This document shows positions 1 to 15,684 of a stretch of 64,000 nucleotides of DNA, piece by piece. Position numbers and translations under genes: made by a program. How positions within the stretch are numbered: position 1 is the first letter of the stretch; the number at the start of each line of letters is the position of its first letter. Origin of the DNA: Octopus vulgaris. Taxonomy: Eukaryota. Under the pieces are notes generated by a model. That model saw only the letters and a list, made by a program, of their open reading frames with translations, made no database searches and was not told the origin of the DNA. Where the stretch lies: the NCBI GenBank assembly GCA_951406725.2, contig OX597819.1, forward strand, positions 14,818,001-14,882,000. Direction: 5' to 3'.

Positions 1-125
1 AGTATAGTCAACCGACAGAATTTTTTTAAAAAGTTCGTTATTTCTATATTGAATCAATTTCGGAATTAATCTCATAATAGATTTTTTGGCATAGAAATAA
101 TTTTCTTATGCCCTTGTTTATAAGT

Positions 126-166
<41 letters not shown>

Positions 167-184
167 GTCCTGTACCCATATATG

Positions 185-230
<46 letters not shown>

Positions 231-317
231 TATATAAATATATATATATATAAAAATATATATATATATACATATATATATAAATATATATATATATAAA
301 AATATATATATATATAT

Positions 318-470
318 ATATGGGTAAAGGACGTCACCAACTGTGTAATAAACAACATGAAGTACGAAAACAAATGAGTTAAATACGCAAACAACGTGAA
401 AAAACATGGAAAACTGGACAAGTAGTATACTGATCAACTCTTTATCAGTTGTCAACTGTCTATCTACTCC
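318..470. mobile_element. Dispersed repeat family F fragment (Penelope pLTR-like, TA-tract associated)
   Basis: atatgggt(a/ac)aggacgtc...aaatacgcaaacaacg...atcagttgtc is shared with 36513-37545, 41515-41655 and 44460-44625; a short inverted piece lies at 165-184. Confidence 0.6.
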
Positions 471-782
471 TAGACAGACAGATAGCTGTGCGTGTGTGTG
501 TGTACATTTCATTAACATGAGATGATAATTAGTTACATAATGCCATTAACATAATCAAGTCAGAGTCTCAAATCGTCAGAGACGAATCCCTTTTGTACGT
601 ATCTTCTCAGATTGTAGAAATATTGACAGAATCAAGCATTGTTTTCGTCATATAGTCCGTGAAATACCCAAGCCCCAGATTACCAAATGATATAAATACA
701 ATTATACGAACAGGAATACACATTCAGTTCTAAATACTGATTTCTGTCACACTATTTGATGTTTAGATCACTCTAAATAAGT

Positions 783-832
<50 letters not shown>

Positions 833-859
833 TATATATATATAGTGTAATAAATAAAA

Positions 860-1200
860 TATATGCATACATACATACATATATGTACGTACCTACATCT
901 ACATGTATATATACATGCATATATAAATATATATACGTAAGTACAGGACACCACAAATAGACGTAGAACTCAACGAGAAACGAAAACGTAAAAACAAACG
1001 TGGAAACGGACCTAAACGAAAAAAACAGAGTACAAGACAAACTACACAAAGAAAAATCCCCTTCATCAGCTGTCCCTAGTTCAACTCCAGCGTGTTTCGA
1101 AGGTGAGGACAGAACACGACTCGTGGAACTAATCCTTCCTGCGAAGGAATTAAAAAAATACTTCGCAGAGGGGTAAAAACAAGGAAAGTTAAACACGTGA
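860..1200. mobile_element. F-related repeat (second copy on opposite strand at 23520-23740)
   Basis: gtacgtacctac..ctacatgta...gtacaggacacc is the reverse complement of 23640-23715; minus-strand CTGATGA near 1063-1069. Confidence 0.5.
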
Positions 1201-1452
1201 CAAAAAATGATACAAATAAAATAGAATACGAATTAAAAATACAAAAAATAAAAATACAGAATAAAATTACAAGTACGAAAAATACAGTACAAGAAATAAA
1301 ACAAACAAGAAAACAGACAATGAGGGCCTTAATGCTGGCCTACACGAGGAAAGATTGTAAGAGCGCTAGAAGAACAGTGTTCACTGTTTGAATGCCAGCG
1401 GCGAAAGGAAGCATCGTTTTCGTTTCGTTTCATCTCCTCCAAGTAAGTTTTG

Positions 1453-1652
<200 letters not shown>

Positions 1653-1659
1653 GCAGCAC

Positions 1660-2222
1660 AGAATTTTGTCAATGATCAGGTCATTGGTCGCCTGAAGACC
1701 AATCTCGTTCAGGACGACTGTCGAACACCCGAATGAATGAAGACATCATGAAAATTCATGAATTGACAAACTTCTTGATATGACTGATATGTCCTGGAGC
1801 TCCTAGCAACGAAGTTTTGAGCTAGGAATTGCAAATGAAAAGAACTGCAGCAAAATTTTGCTCACGGAAGATCAAAAGCTGTCACAAGTGAATGCATGCT
1901 GTGAACTGAAGGAACAGCTGAAAGTTGATCTTGCTCCATGTGACTTGTTTTTCTTTTTTTGTTACTCCGAATGAAAAACGTCCGTAGAGAGAACCGTTTT
2001 GCGGATGTGGAAGAGGAAAGGGAAAAAAAACAACGATGGAAGCATTAAAAGGCATCACTTCGCAAGAATTCCAGTACTGCTTCCAACAGTGGAAAACGCG
2101 TCTGGACCGATGTATTGCTTCAAATGGAAAATAATTTGAAGGCGATAAAAGTGTAAACATGTGAAATTAAGTGAATAAAATAATATGGCAAAATTCCGGC
2201 TTCTTTTTAGCACCCTCTCGAA
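1660..2222 (+). mobile_element. Decayed, internally deleted mariner transposon
   Basis: Remnant translation resembles a mariner C-terminus (FQYCFQQWKTRLDRCIASNG); ends in TIR-like ttccggcttctttttagcaccctctcg. Confidence 0.75.
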
Positions 2223-2618
2223 TTTAGCTAACAGGACACTCCAGAGAAAGCAATGCAATATTAATAAGTCAAATGGCATTAAGTACTCCGTAAATCGAAT
2301 TTATGTTGCAACAGATGCTGCAAATTTAACGCAATGTAAAATATATGAGAATATAAACAAATTGGAGCTGGTGTTCCAATTACGCAACGAACGTTTCTAT
2401 AACATGGTTATTTATTTGTTAACTAATGTATTACATTTCGTGATTACAGATCTGCAAACCAATGTTACACGTCAACTGTTCAAAATGCCTGACGAAATGT
2501 TCTGTTTATGTAATCATGTAATGTAATACATAAATGAACAAATAAGTAACTATGCTATGGAAGCGTGTGTAGCATAATTTGAACAACAGCTCTACTACAT
2601 TCGCAATCTTTATATGTA

Positions 2619-2663
<45 letters not shown>

Positions 2664-2664
2664 G

Positions 2665-2749
<85 letters not shown>

Positions 2750-3392
2750 AGAGAAAGACAGAGACAGAGAGAAAGATAAACCAGACGTGTTGTTATCTTC
2801 ATACTTGTCTTCCAAATACTGACAAAAGCGAAATGTGTTGGCCGAATCGTTACTGCACCAGACAAAATGCATAGCAGTGGTTCTTTCGGTTTTATGATCT
2901 GAGTTCAAATTCCGCTGAAGTCGACATCGCTTTTCATCCTTTTCGGGGCCAATAAAATTAAGTACCAGTTGAGCACTCGGGGTCGATAAGCTCCTATACT
3001 TCCCACCACAAATTTCAAGCATTGTACATATATTACAAATGATCATTGGGTGCACTCCATCGGGAGTACTTTTAGAGTGTATTAACACTTACGTACTCAG
3101 CTGACCGATTTAGAGCGTATATCGAACAACCCCACGCTTTTTGCTAATGGGTCTTCTGAAGTAAATCCAGAATGTGCTGTGATGTAAGGAAAGGGAGATA
3201 ATTAATAACTTCTGAAAGGTGATCGTCTAACAATGCAATAATAGTTCAGATCTCAACCATCCTTAACGTTTATAATTAATTAGCAAATGCGTAAATAACA
3301 AAGACGCAGCCTAATTAATTAATCAAAGAGTGTATACGTGTGCGTGCGTTCGTGTGTGTGTGTATGTGAATGTGTGTCTGCGCGTTCATGCG

Positions 3393-3489
<97 letters not shown>

Positions 3490-3930
3490 TAAGGGTGCGA
3501 TGGGTATATTTTTGCCATTTTATATTTTTAATTTCGCGCATTGTTTGTTTATGACTTTGTTGACTACACAGCATAGGAGGGTCAGTCGGGCACCGTCTGT
3601 GAGAAAAACAGCTCTATGACGCAATTTACTTTGCCTGAAATTTGGAAACGACATGCTGTACTACTTGGTGTTCGCGCCGGAAGCTCCAAGGGTGTTTGGG
3701 TGTCAATCTGAGGACATGCACGGAGAGTGATAAAAATCAAACATCCAGTCAACATCATGGTGTTTGAAGTGATCATTAATGATGGCGACGTTATGTCTCC
3801 ATTCATTTCCCCACACGGCCTCAGACTCAACATGGAGGCCTGCATCAAGTACCTAGAGAAAGTAGTACTGCCCCGGGTCATGAGAGTGACTGGTGGAAGA
3901 CCCTATGTCTGACAACAGGACTCTGCAGGT
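3490..3930 (+). mobile_element. Tc1/mariner-superfamily (DD37D/maT-like) transposon remnant
   Basis: KHPVNIMVFEVIINDGDVMSPF...YLEKVVLPRV...GRPYV*QQDSA; same family as 34009-34525. Confidence 0.75.
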
Positions 3931-4118
3931 GACCCCAAAGTCGTCTGGAGGCCGTGGTTGAAGTCATTGATGATTTTATTGAATACATTTACACTTTAGT
4001 ATTCCAAGATTTTTATGTAATTTTAGTAAATATATTTGTTAAAACTGAGACGTCAATGTTATTATTTATTTATTTTTTTCATTTTTGCGTAATTTAGAGG
4101 ACAATTTATTCACCGCAC

Positions 4119-4169
<51 letters not shown>

Positions 4170-4184
4170 CTATCTATCTATATA

Positions 4185-4245
<61 letters not shown>

Positions 4246-4261
4246 ATATATATATATATAT

Positions 4262-4369
4262 AACGGGAAGCTTTATGAAAATAAACAAAAGACGAAGGCA
4301 GGTGGAAAACAAACGAACAATTGTATTAGTATGGCGCTCAGGAAATATAAATAAAACAAGTCTTTAACG

Positions 4370-4372
<3 letters not shown>
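4262..4372 (-). mobile_element. Family E mini-element fragment (HHR truncated)
   Basis: Matches 23780-23890; lies between (TA)n tracts. Confidence 0.65.
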
Positions 4373-4423
<51 letters not shown>

Positions 4424-4425
<2 letters not shown>

Positions 4426-4540
4426 GGAGTAAACACATAAATGTGAAACAAGGTGGAAAAAAGAGTACTCAAATACCAGTGGTAGAGTAATATGCTTTAT
4501 TTAAAGCAGCAGAAAATTCAACAAAACCTGTTACTCTGAG

Positions 4541-4544
<4 letters not shown>
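4424..4544 (-). mobile_element. Family D mini-element 3' part, starting at the HHR GAAA
   Basis: Minus strand begins GAAACTCAGAGTAACAGG, as at 41768-41785; (TA)n on both sides. Confidence 0.65.
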
Positions 4545-4587
<43 letters not shown>

Positions 4588-4980
4588 TAAATGTGCGTGT
4601 GTGTGAATGTGTGTGTACGCATGTGCATTTGTGTATATAAACGCGTGTCTCTGTGAGGATAAAATGATTACGAAGAGATGCATACATATACATAGATACA
4701 AGCACACACATACACACACACACACACACACGCGCGCGAATGTTGATGGTTGTGAATCTCTGTATTTCGACAATGAAAATTTGCTTCTTTCATTCGCCTG
4801 AATTACCTGGGCCTGAACTGCTAGAGAATTCATTCCATGAACCTAATTCTCTGCGGGACATGCTTGTACTCAACGGGATTCCGTACAGTGTCCGTCTACA
4901 CATTTTCACTCATTACTAATATTCAACATTCAAGAGACCTTTCGGGATTTTGGACTTTTATCTATCTATCTATCTATCTG

Positions 4981-5055
<75 letters not shown>

Positions 5056-5108
5056 GTTTGTCTGTCTATCTGTCTATCTATCTATATATCTGTATGTCTG
5101 TCTGTCTA

Positions 5109-5147
<39 letters not shown>

Positions 5148-5165
5148 TTCTATTTATCTATCTAT

Positions 5166-5203
<38 letters not shown>

Positions 5204-5206
<3 letters not shown>

Positions 5207-5750
5207 TAGTTGAATGAAATTATCCTAGTTATGGATAATTCGGTTAACCGATACCCGGGTAGCAAATTCACGTCAGAAAGCACGGTTGAAGCTACATGCC
5301 AAGGGCAGAAATCACGTGATTTCGTGTGGAAATTTGTGTTTTTTTACTATAAATAAATGAAAGAATGGAGTCGAACGACGATTTAACAAAATTTCTTTAT
5401 TCTCGACACATGTTTCGTGTGGGCAGTCATCTAAAAGTTTTTGTTCGTCATGATGCTGACATAAGTTCCTTGTCTTTCCTGATGAGTAGGCGGCATAATG
5501 CACCCCTTATTCCTTCGAAATTAGGAATATGCAGTCTTCGAAACATGTGTCGAGAATAAAGGAATTTTGTTAAATCGTCGTTCAACTCCATTCTTTCATT
5601 TATTTATAGTAAAAAAACACAAATTTCCACACGAAATCACGTGATTTCTGCCCTTGGCATGTAGCTTCAACCGTGCTTTCTGACGTGAATTTGCTACCCG
5701 GGTATCGGTTAACCGAATTATACATACTAGGATAATTCATTCAACTACTT
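5204..5750 (+). mobile_element. Penelope-like/retrozyme-like mini-element with about 213-bp inverted arms
   Basis: 5204-5417 is a near-perfect reverse complement of 5539-5750; contains an HHR; TA flanks. Confidence 0.8.
5475..5555 (+). ncRNA. Type I hammerhead ribozyme
   Basis: tttc-CTGATGA(5479-85)-gtaggc..gtcttc-GAAA(5540-43)-catgt-GTC-gaga. Confidence 0.75.
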
Positions 5751-5760
5751 ATATATATAT

Positions 5761-5791
<31 letters not shown>

Positions 5792-5963
5792 TATTGATAG
5801 ATAGATAAATAGAAAGACAGACAGACAGGTAGACAGATAGTTAGACAGACAGACAGACATACAGATATATAGATAGATAGAGATATATATATATATAATA
5901 TTTTGTCTGTTTATCTGTCTGTCTATATATGTATTTATCTATGTCTGTCTACCTGTGTTCTGT

Positions 5964-5997
<34 letters not shown>

Positions 5998-6258
5998 GTA
6001 TGTATGTATGTATGTATGTATGTATGTATGTATGTATGTATGTATATGTGTGTGTGTGTATGTGTGTGTATATCTGTGAGTCTGTCTCTCTATCAAACTG
6101 TTTCTCTGTGTCACTACCTCAGCCCCTCTCCGTCTCTCTCTCTCCTTCTCCCCTTACATCTCTCCCTGACACCTCTATTTTTACTCTCCACATATGCACA
6201 CAAATATATATGCTTGTGTATATATATATATGTGTGTGTGTGTATGTATATGTATATA

Positions 6259-6327
<69 letters not shown>

Positions 6328-6364
6328 TATATACATATATATATACATATATATATATACATAC

Positions 6365-6577
<213 letters not shown>

Positions 6578-6739
6578 TGCAGACATACATAGATATACAC
6601 ATACATACATACATACGTACAGACATACAGTCAGAGACATACACGTATACATACATATATGTATACGTAAGAGTGCATGTGTAAGTAGGTGCCCCACCCC
6701 CAACCTCTACCCCCCGCCCTCACCTCACACACATACATT

Positions 6740-7655
<916 letters not shown>

Positions 7656-7757
7656 ATCACTCCTACGCTTATCACTGTTCATTTTACATATGTATTTTTT
7701 TTTTATGCAATACACATAAGTCTTTATGCTTATCAATACATGCATGAAACCAGACGT

Positions 7758-7828
<71 letters not shown>

Positions 7829-8199
7829 AATATAAGAATGTGTATATGGAATATGTGTGTGTGTGCGTGGATATTAATAAATGGAATCGCGAAATAAACT
7901 TCACCCAAGAGCAGGATCAAAATGGGCTAACTGGGTATACGACGTGTCCCCTTAGCCCATTTTGATACTGAGGCAACACTATATTATTGGTGTTTATGTA
8001 TTTCGTTCATATATTTAATTTTTTTCTCTTAACGTTTATTTAATCCCGGGTCAATCTCAGACAGACGTTGCTATGATCAAAAGACAATCCAAACATGGCT
8101 ATTTTGTCTTTTGGGGGGTTCATAGCATCTCATTTTCTCGATGGTTATGATCCCGTTTGAAGCAGGTTTGGTGGGGATAACTTTGACGGAGTGGTTCCG

Positions 8200-8290
<91 letters not shown>

Positions 8291-8309
8291 TGTATGTATG
8301 TATGTAGTT

Positions 8310-8520
8310 TTCTACTCTAGGCACAAGGCCCGAAAGTTTTGGAGACGAGGATCCAGTCGATTAGATGGACCCCAGTACGCAACTGGTATTTAGTTTATCG
8401 ACCCTGAAAGGATGAAAGGCAAAGTCGACCTCAGCAGAACTTGAACCCAGAATGTATAAAGACAGACGAAATACCGCTAAACGTTGCGCCCGGCGTGCTA
8501 ACGTTTCTGCCAGCGCGGCT
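8310..8520 (-). mobile_element. SINE-B monomer with tail 2
   Basis: Core gcctttcatcctttc.gggtcgataaa..aa.taccag on the minus strand; further monomers near 2870-3030, 10703-10895, 20205-20640, 23020-23235, 56730-56870, 60005-60198. Confidence 0.85.
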
Positions 8521-8531
8521 TAAATTATATT

Positions 8532-8607
<76 letters not shown>

Positions 8608-9311
8608 CGTGCATACAAACACACTCATACACATACACATACACATACACAAGTCTTAAACTACTTATGTTAATAGTAGTAAAATTATTAAACCGTAAAA
8701 TGTCATGCCGCCAAGAATTGCTGAAAATAGCAGTCAGATCTCTTTCGAATCACACTTTTACACTTACACTCACTTTGTATATATATAAGGATACATTCAA
8801 TAATGCAGTTTTAAATATATTGTATCAGCATCAACACTATGGTCGCGACTGGCGCGTCTGTTAGATTAGGTCCTAACTTCGCTGTTAAGCGAGAATATGA
8901 ATGAGTTAAATTATAATAATAGTAGTAGTAGTAGTAGTAGTAATAATAATAATAAGAAGAATTATAATGATAATAATACACATAATAATGATAATGATGT
9001 TTTCTTTATTGGCCCCCAAGGGCCGAATCCAAAATAAAAAGGGAGAGTTTTTTGTTAAAATTACATATCTGCTAATTATAATAATAACGATAATAATAAT
9101 TAATTATACTTGTAATATATTGGGATAGAATTGGTCAGCTTCTTACCTCCATGAAGAATCTTCCGTTTTCACAACCGGATGCATTCGAATGATTTAACGA
9201 TATTTGTCGTCATTTTTCTATTCTTTTTTTTTATATATATATTTATATATATATATATGTATTCTTTTTTAATATTGTACACTACTTGACAGACCTCCCT
9301 CTCACACTGTG

Positions 9312-9348
<37 letters not shown>

Positions 9349-9374
9349 AGTTCCCCCTTCTCTTTCTGTGTATG

Positions 9375-9419
<45 letters not shown>

Positions 9420-9477
9420 TATGTCTCACTTTCACCCTGTCTGTCTATCTGTCTGTCTGTCTTACTCTTTCTCCCTC

Positions 9478-9533
<56 letters not shown>

Positions 9534-9723
9534 CACCCGCTCGCTCTCTGTCCGTCTATTACTTTCTTTGTCTGTTGTCAAGACCTTTTTTCTCTCTTCT
9601 TCTTCTTTTCCCCCCTTCTTTCTCTCTTCCTTTATCCCCTTTCTCTCTCATTCTCTTTTGATATATATATATATATACACACATATATATATATATATAT
9701 ATCTTTGTATATATAAATGTATA

Positions 9724-9805
9724 TACAGTAAACCCTCGCTATATCGTGGTTCACCTATCGCGGGGTGGCGGTTGGAACGTAACACCCGCGACAGTCGAGG
9801 GATTA

Positions 9806-9810
<5 letters not shown>
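9724..9810. mobile_element. Tiny pogo/Tigger-like MITE
   Basis: TA-CAGTAAACCCTCG...CGAGGGATTACTG-TA terminal inverted repeats. Confidence 0.8.
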
Positions 9811-9866
<56 letters not shown>

Positions 9867-9953
9867 TACACACAAACTTACACACGCACACATATTTTTT
9901 ATTCTTTCACATATTATAGCCCTAAGGCTGTGACCATGGTGGGGCACCGATAC

Positions 9954-10004
<51 letters not shown>

Positions 10005-10006
<2 letters not shown>

Positions 10007-10415
10007 GGCGCAGGAGTGGCTGTGTGGTAAGTTGCTTGTTTACCAACCACATGGTTCCGGGTTCAGTCTCACTGCGTGGCACCTCGGGCAAGTGTCTTCT
10101 ACTATAGCCTCGGACCGACCAAAGCCTTGTGAGTGGATTTGGTAAACTGAAAGAAGCCCGTCGTATATATGTGTATATATATATATGCGTGTGTGTGTTT
10201 GTGTGTCTGTGTTTGTCCCCCTAGCATTGCTTGACAACCGATGCTGGTGTGTTTATGTCCCCGTTACTTAGCGGTTCGGCACAAGAGACCGATAGAATAA
10301 GTACTGGGCTTACAAAAGAATAAGTCCTGGGGTCGATTTGCTCGACTAAAGGCGGTGCTCCAGCATGGCCGCAGTCAAATGACTGAAACAAGTAAAAGTG
10401 TAAAAGAGTAAAGAG
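10005..10415 (+). mobile_element. SINE-A, full length (tRNA-derived, internal TA/TG microsatellite, (gtaaaaga)n tail)
   Basis: A-box TGGCTGTGTGG, B-box-like GGTTCAGTCtC, ccTyGGGCAAG motif; about 20 copies or fragments in the window. Confidence 0.9.
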
Positions 10416-10440
10416 TATATATATATGTGTGTGTCTGTAT

Positions 10441-10475
<35 letters not shown>

Positions 10476-10893
10476 CCGTCTTTCCTTTCTCTCAAACTAA
10501 CTTGTTCTCTCTTATTCGCATATTCGCACTTTATCCTGTCTTTTGTGCGTTTATTTTATCTACATTTATTATACATACATACAAACACGTATACATACAT
10601 ACACACATTACTGTTATGTAAAATATACACCCAAACAATTGCGCGCGCGCGCACACACATCCACATATTTCTGTATACATATGTTTATATATATATATAT
10701 ATATTTCTTTACTACCCACAAGGGGCTAAACTCAGAGGGGACAAACAAGGACAGACAAACGGATTAAGTCGATTACATCGACCCCAGTGCGTAACTGGTA
10801 CTTAATTTATCGACCCCGAAAGGATGAAAGGCAAAGTCGACCTCGGCGGAACTTGAACTCAGAATGTAACGACAGACGAAATACGGCTCGACG

Positions 10894-10944
<51 letters not shown>

Positions 10945-10950
<6 letters not shown>

Positions 10951-10990
10951 ATGTGTGTGTGTGTGTGTATACACACACACACACACACAT

Positions 10991-11028
<38 letters not shown>

Positions 11029-11036
11029 ATATATGG

Positions 11037-11101
<65 letters not shown>

Positions 11102-11168
11102 CACACGCACACACACACATATCATATATATATATATATATATATGATATATATGGGTATGTGTGTAT

Positions 11169-11213
<45 letters not shown>

Positions 11214-11215
11214 AT

Positions 11216-11264
<49 letters not shown>

Positions 11265-11281
11265 ATATATGGGTATGTGTG

Positions 11282-11315
<34 letters not shown>
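10945..11315. repeat. Higher-order repeat of microsatellite blocks (about 110-120 bp, 3 copies)
   Basis: tatgatatatatgggtatgtgtgta recurs near 11022, 11142 and 11258. Confidence 0.75.
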
Positions 11316-11321
<6 letters not shown>

Positions 11322-11502
11322 TTTCACTCTCGATAAATTCATCCCCTTTTTGTGTTCCCAGCACTCGGCATCTTAATTTAGGAGCCCTTAATTGTATAAC
11401 TACATGAATAATATTTTTCTATATAAATAATATTTTTGTCTTATGACTAATTCGTCTTTTGTGCTGGGCACCTGGTAGTAAATAATATTACTACCCTTCT
11501 TG

Positions 11503-11616
<114 letters not shown>

Positions 11617-12621
11617 TGTGTGTATGTATGTATGTGTGTATGTGTGCATGTATGTATGCACAAACAATGGAGTATCTCTTCCGTCGCTTTAACCAGCTAA
11701 AAATAGCAGTCCAGTCTTCCAAATCATACACTGTTGTGTTAGTAAAGAGAACGGACAAATTGGATAATATGTGGTCCCTGATATCACACACCAAAATAAT
11801 AAGGACGGTCACGGTTGGAAAACCTTTTGACCGTAGGGTGTAAGCAAGAACAGCCTACACAGAAATATGTAATACAATATAGTTAAAGATACACGTGTGT
11901 ACAAACAAAAGATTACTGTATATGGTAACTTTCCCGAATAGCGGCAATTTCACCGATTCGCGATGCCGTTATTTCGAATTTTCCGTTGTCTCGGAAATCT
12001 TCTTTAGCGTATTTATTACTTAAAATAGAAACATTAAATAAGAAATAGAGATACGGTATAACAAGGACGACTCTCTTAGTAAGGTGAGTCTTGGGAAAGG
12101 AACATAATAAACATGTATTTTCGGAAGAGTAACGTGATGCATAAACTTTTAAGAACTGTACAGCAATTTTCAAAAGTGCCGTTAATTTGGGGCGTGTGTT
12201 CCGTTATTTTGAATGTCATTTTTCCGGAAGTGTACTGTATTTGCATAAATGTATTCAAACGCAACCCAAGATGACAACGACCAGTGTGGTTGTTTGATCT
12301 GATAGAAATAGCAAAGAAATCTTTCGCATGCCACCGCTTCGGGAAAGGAAGAGCAATGTTAGATAATATGACCCACATCCAGTAATGTAAGATGGGATGA
12401 TCATGGCTGGAATACTTTTGATCATAGGTCTGTGCTGATGAGAACACAGACCTATGGTCTGAGAAACAACACCTGCAGACATATTGGGGCTAGGATCTCT
12501 TGAATAGATGCAGATAAAAAGCATAGGGCGGAGGGAATTTCCAGAGGGGAAGAAGGACTGAACAACAATAGAAGGACTGAGGATTTGTTGGTGGTGACTA
12601 CAATAAAAGAGGTGAGTCAGC

Positions 12622-12670
<49 letters not shown>

Positions 12671-12698
12671 GGTGGTGGTGGTGGTGGTGGTGGTGGTG

Positions 12699-12742
<44 letters not shown>

Positions 12743-12760
12743 TGCAGCAGCAGCAGCAGC
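12622..12760. repeat. Compound (TAG)n(TGG)n(TAG)n(CAG)n microsatellite
   Basis: Seen directly. Confidence 0.95.
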
Positions 12761-12958
12761 CGTTCAAGAATTTGGACCTGGAGATCTCCATTTCCAGCGA
12801 CTTCGGGGGCCACTTCTCAGTGGTGTCGGGCATCAACGAAGAGCCCTCGACTACGACAAGACGACCAAAGTTTTTTTTTCCAAGGTCTGGGGTCTCCCGC
12901 CCCTAAGCCCCAGACCATCACCTAATCACCCTTACACGTCTTGTTGCTTGACAGCAAC

Positions 12959-13007
<49 letters not shown>

Positions 13008-13013
13008 TAAACA

Positions 13014-13056
<43 letters not shown>

Positions 13057-14494
13057 TCAGTACAAATCAGCCAGAAGTCTTTTCTTCGGATGCCTCTGTC
13101 CTAAATGTAGGTTTCGTCTGAATTTTGTTGAGGGTTAGGGAGTTATTGGAAAACCCGGTCTTTGAGACGTAGTTTTTACAATACGCGACATGCAAGATAG
13201 CCAAGAGGGATCCTTTGTAATCCTGAAGTCTGGTATTTGTGGCGACTTTGAAGGTTCAGATTATTTTAGCGTTCTGCTCATGTTTGGCAGGGGCGTAAAG
13301 TACTGTTTTCTACCAATGTGCAGTGGTTATGCGTTTGTGCTGTTGAGGGAGACAAGATGGAGGATGTTTTCGAGGTCTCAGTTTAGGGAGGAAATACAAG
13401 TTTGTCAAAAAGTTATCAAGTCAAATCATTCGATAGCTTTGCTTTCCCTCCCTTTAACCCCTAATGTTGTAGCTGGGGCGTCTTGTGACATACCATACCC
13501 CTCATTGTTTAGACATGGCGGAGTCTATTCCTCTCTAGATCTGACACCAGCCGATTTCTTCTTTTTTGAAAGAGGCAGAGGAGAAAAGGGTTCTGGTATT
13601 GTCCTCGGAGAGATTTGAACCTAAAATCGAAGAGATCCAGAAAGAGTGCCTTAAAAGATGCTACGCAACATTCTAACACATCTGCCAACCCGACGTTAAC
13701 AACTACTAACATTCTAAGCATAATTAACAGAGCGAGGCAAATAAATTATGCTGATTAATTAGAAGACAAACGCCTGTCACGTTCATGATAATTCTTGTCA
13801 AAAAGACAAGGGAAGGAACTTGCAATTCTAAAATTAATAAAATTTGAATGTTTTGGAGATGGGACATACGGTAGGGAATGACTATGATCGATGGTAAATA
13901 TAATGATAACTCTTCACAAGTTTCGGTCTTATTGGATTTTCTTAGCTAAGCATAGTCTTATTCCGACTGTGAATGGGTACGAGGATATACAGATATATAT
14001 AAATGCAAACTAAAAAACTATTCAGCGTTCGATTAAAATGAAAATTGTTTCTAAATTAGATAACGGGGTCAGACATTGAGAGGGGAAGAGGAACGGGAAA
14101 TTAAAATAAACCTCACTGTTTGGGTGTTTTTTTTATTTCATCGGCCAAGGAAGGATGAAAAGTAAATTTGGCTTGGGTGGGATCTGGGATTTGAACTCGC
14201 GCTACAAAGAGCAAGTACAAACACTGCAAGGCACTGTGTTCGATTCTTCAGCGAGTCTACTAGTCTACAAGTCAAGGCAATTTGAAATACTTTCTGCTAT
14301 AAGCACAAAGTCGGAAATTTGGGGTAAAAGAAGAAGGTCTATTTCCACGCCCCCAGTATTTGACTGGTACTTATTTTATCCATCCCAGCGGAATTTGAAT
14401 TCAGAACGTAAAGACGGACGAAATGCCGCTAAGCATTTTGCCCGGTGGGTTAACAATTCGGTCAGCTTGCCCACCTTACGACACTGAAAATAAT

Positions 14495-14905
14495 GCTTTC
14501 AACTTTTGGCATAAGGCCAGCAATTCCGGGAGTGGCGGTCGGGTGGAGGTGGGATATCTAGTCCATTACATCGACCCCAGTACTCAACTGGTACTTTTTT
14601 TTATCGTCCCTGAAAGGATGAAAAGCAAAGTTGACCTCGGTAAACTTGAATACGAAGACGGACGAAATACCTATTTCTTTATTACCCACAAGGAGCTAAA
14701 CACAGAGGGGACAAACAAGGACTGACATAGGTATTAAGTCGATTACATCGACCCCAGTGCGTAACTGGTACTTAATTTATCGACCCCGAAAGGATGAATG
14801 GCAAAGTCGACCTCGGCGGAATTTGAACTCAGAACGTAGCGGCAGACGAAATACCGCTAAGCATTTTGTCCGGCGTGCTAACGATTCTGTCAGCTTGCCT
14901 CCTTA
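14495..14905 (-). mobile_element. SINE-B tandem dimer (head-body-tail1-body-tail2)
   Basis: Junction cgaaatacctatttcttta near 14663-14681. Confidence 0.85.
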
Positions 14906-15415
14906 AAGTAATTCAAAATAATGAGATGCAGACATAGATGCTGTTCGCCCTGCAATCATAAGGTCATCGTTGACTCATCCCTTATCACGCCCATCGCAAC
15001 ATCGATGGAAATGGCAAGCATTTCATTCATTCATTTCATTATACGTTCGTATATTTATCATTTTCATTCATTGATCCACAAGTTCGATTGTTTATTCGTT
15101 CGTTCATACAATTTGTATTTTTTCTTTCATTCATATTCGTTTCATTATAGTCTACTCACACGTCCATCCATTCAGATTGTCGTCCGTCTATACGTCCATT
15201 CATCTATTTATTTATTGATTTATCTAATTTTCTTGTCCTTCATTTTGTTTGACAGCAGACATCGCGTGTGAATACGAAGTTCGATTTGCAGGCAGCCACC
15301 TAGTTGTGGATTCAGTCCTGCAACGCATTACGTTGGGCAAGTGTCTTTTAACATAGCCAGGCAGGGTCAATTAAGACCCATACAGGCCTTAAGCACTTAA
15401 AAGATTTTGGCGCCC

Positions 15416-15460
<45 letters not shown>

Positions 15461-15634
15461 TAGTTATCGCCATACTAATATGACACACGAACCTGCGTCC
15501 ATTACAACCTTCGAACAGGGTAGGTCAGCTTTAGTCTTATATTTAGACTGCCATATTAGTATGGCGATAACTATTAATATCCAGTAACGCTGCCGTAATC
15601 TCCTTTAGAGAGACTTAGTAATTTTAATATTTCT

Positions 15635-15676
<42 letters not shown>

Positions 15677-15684
15677 ATTCAAAA

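Noticed and set aside
13190-13618. 142-aa ATG ORF in unique sequence
   Set aside because: No recognisable motif; composition not convincing as coding
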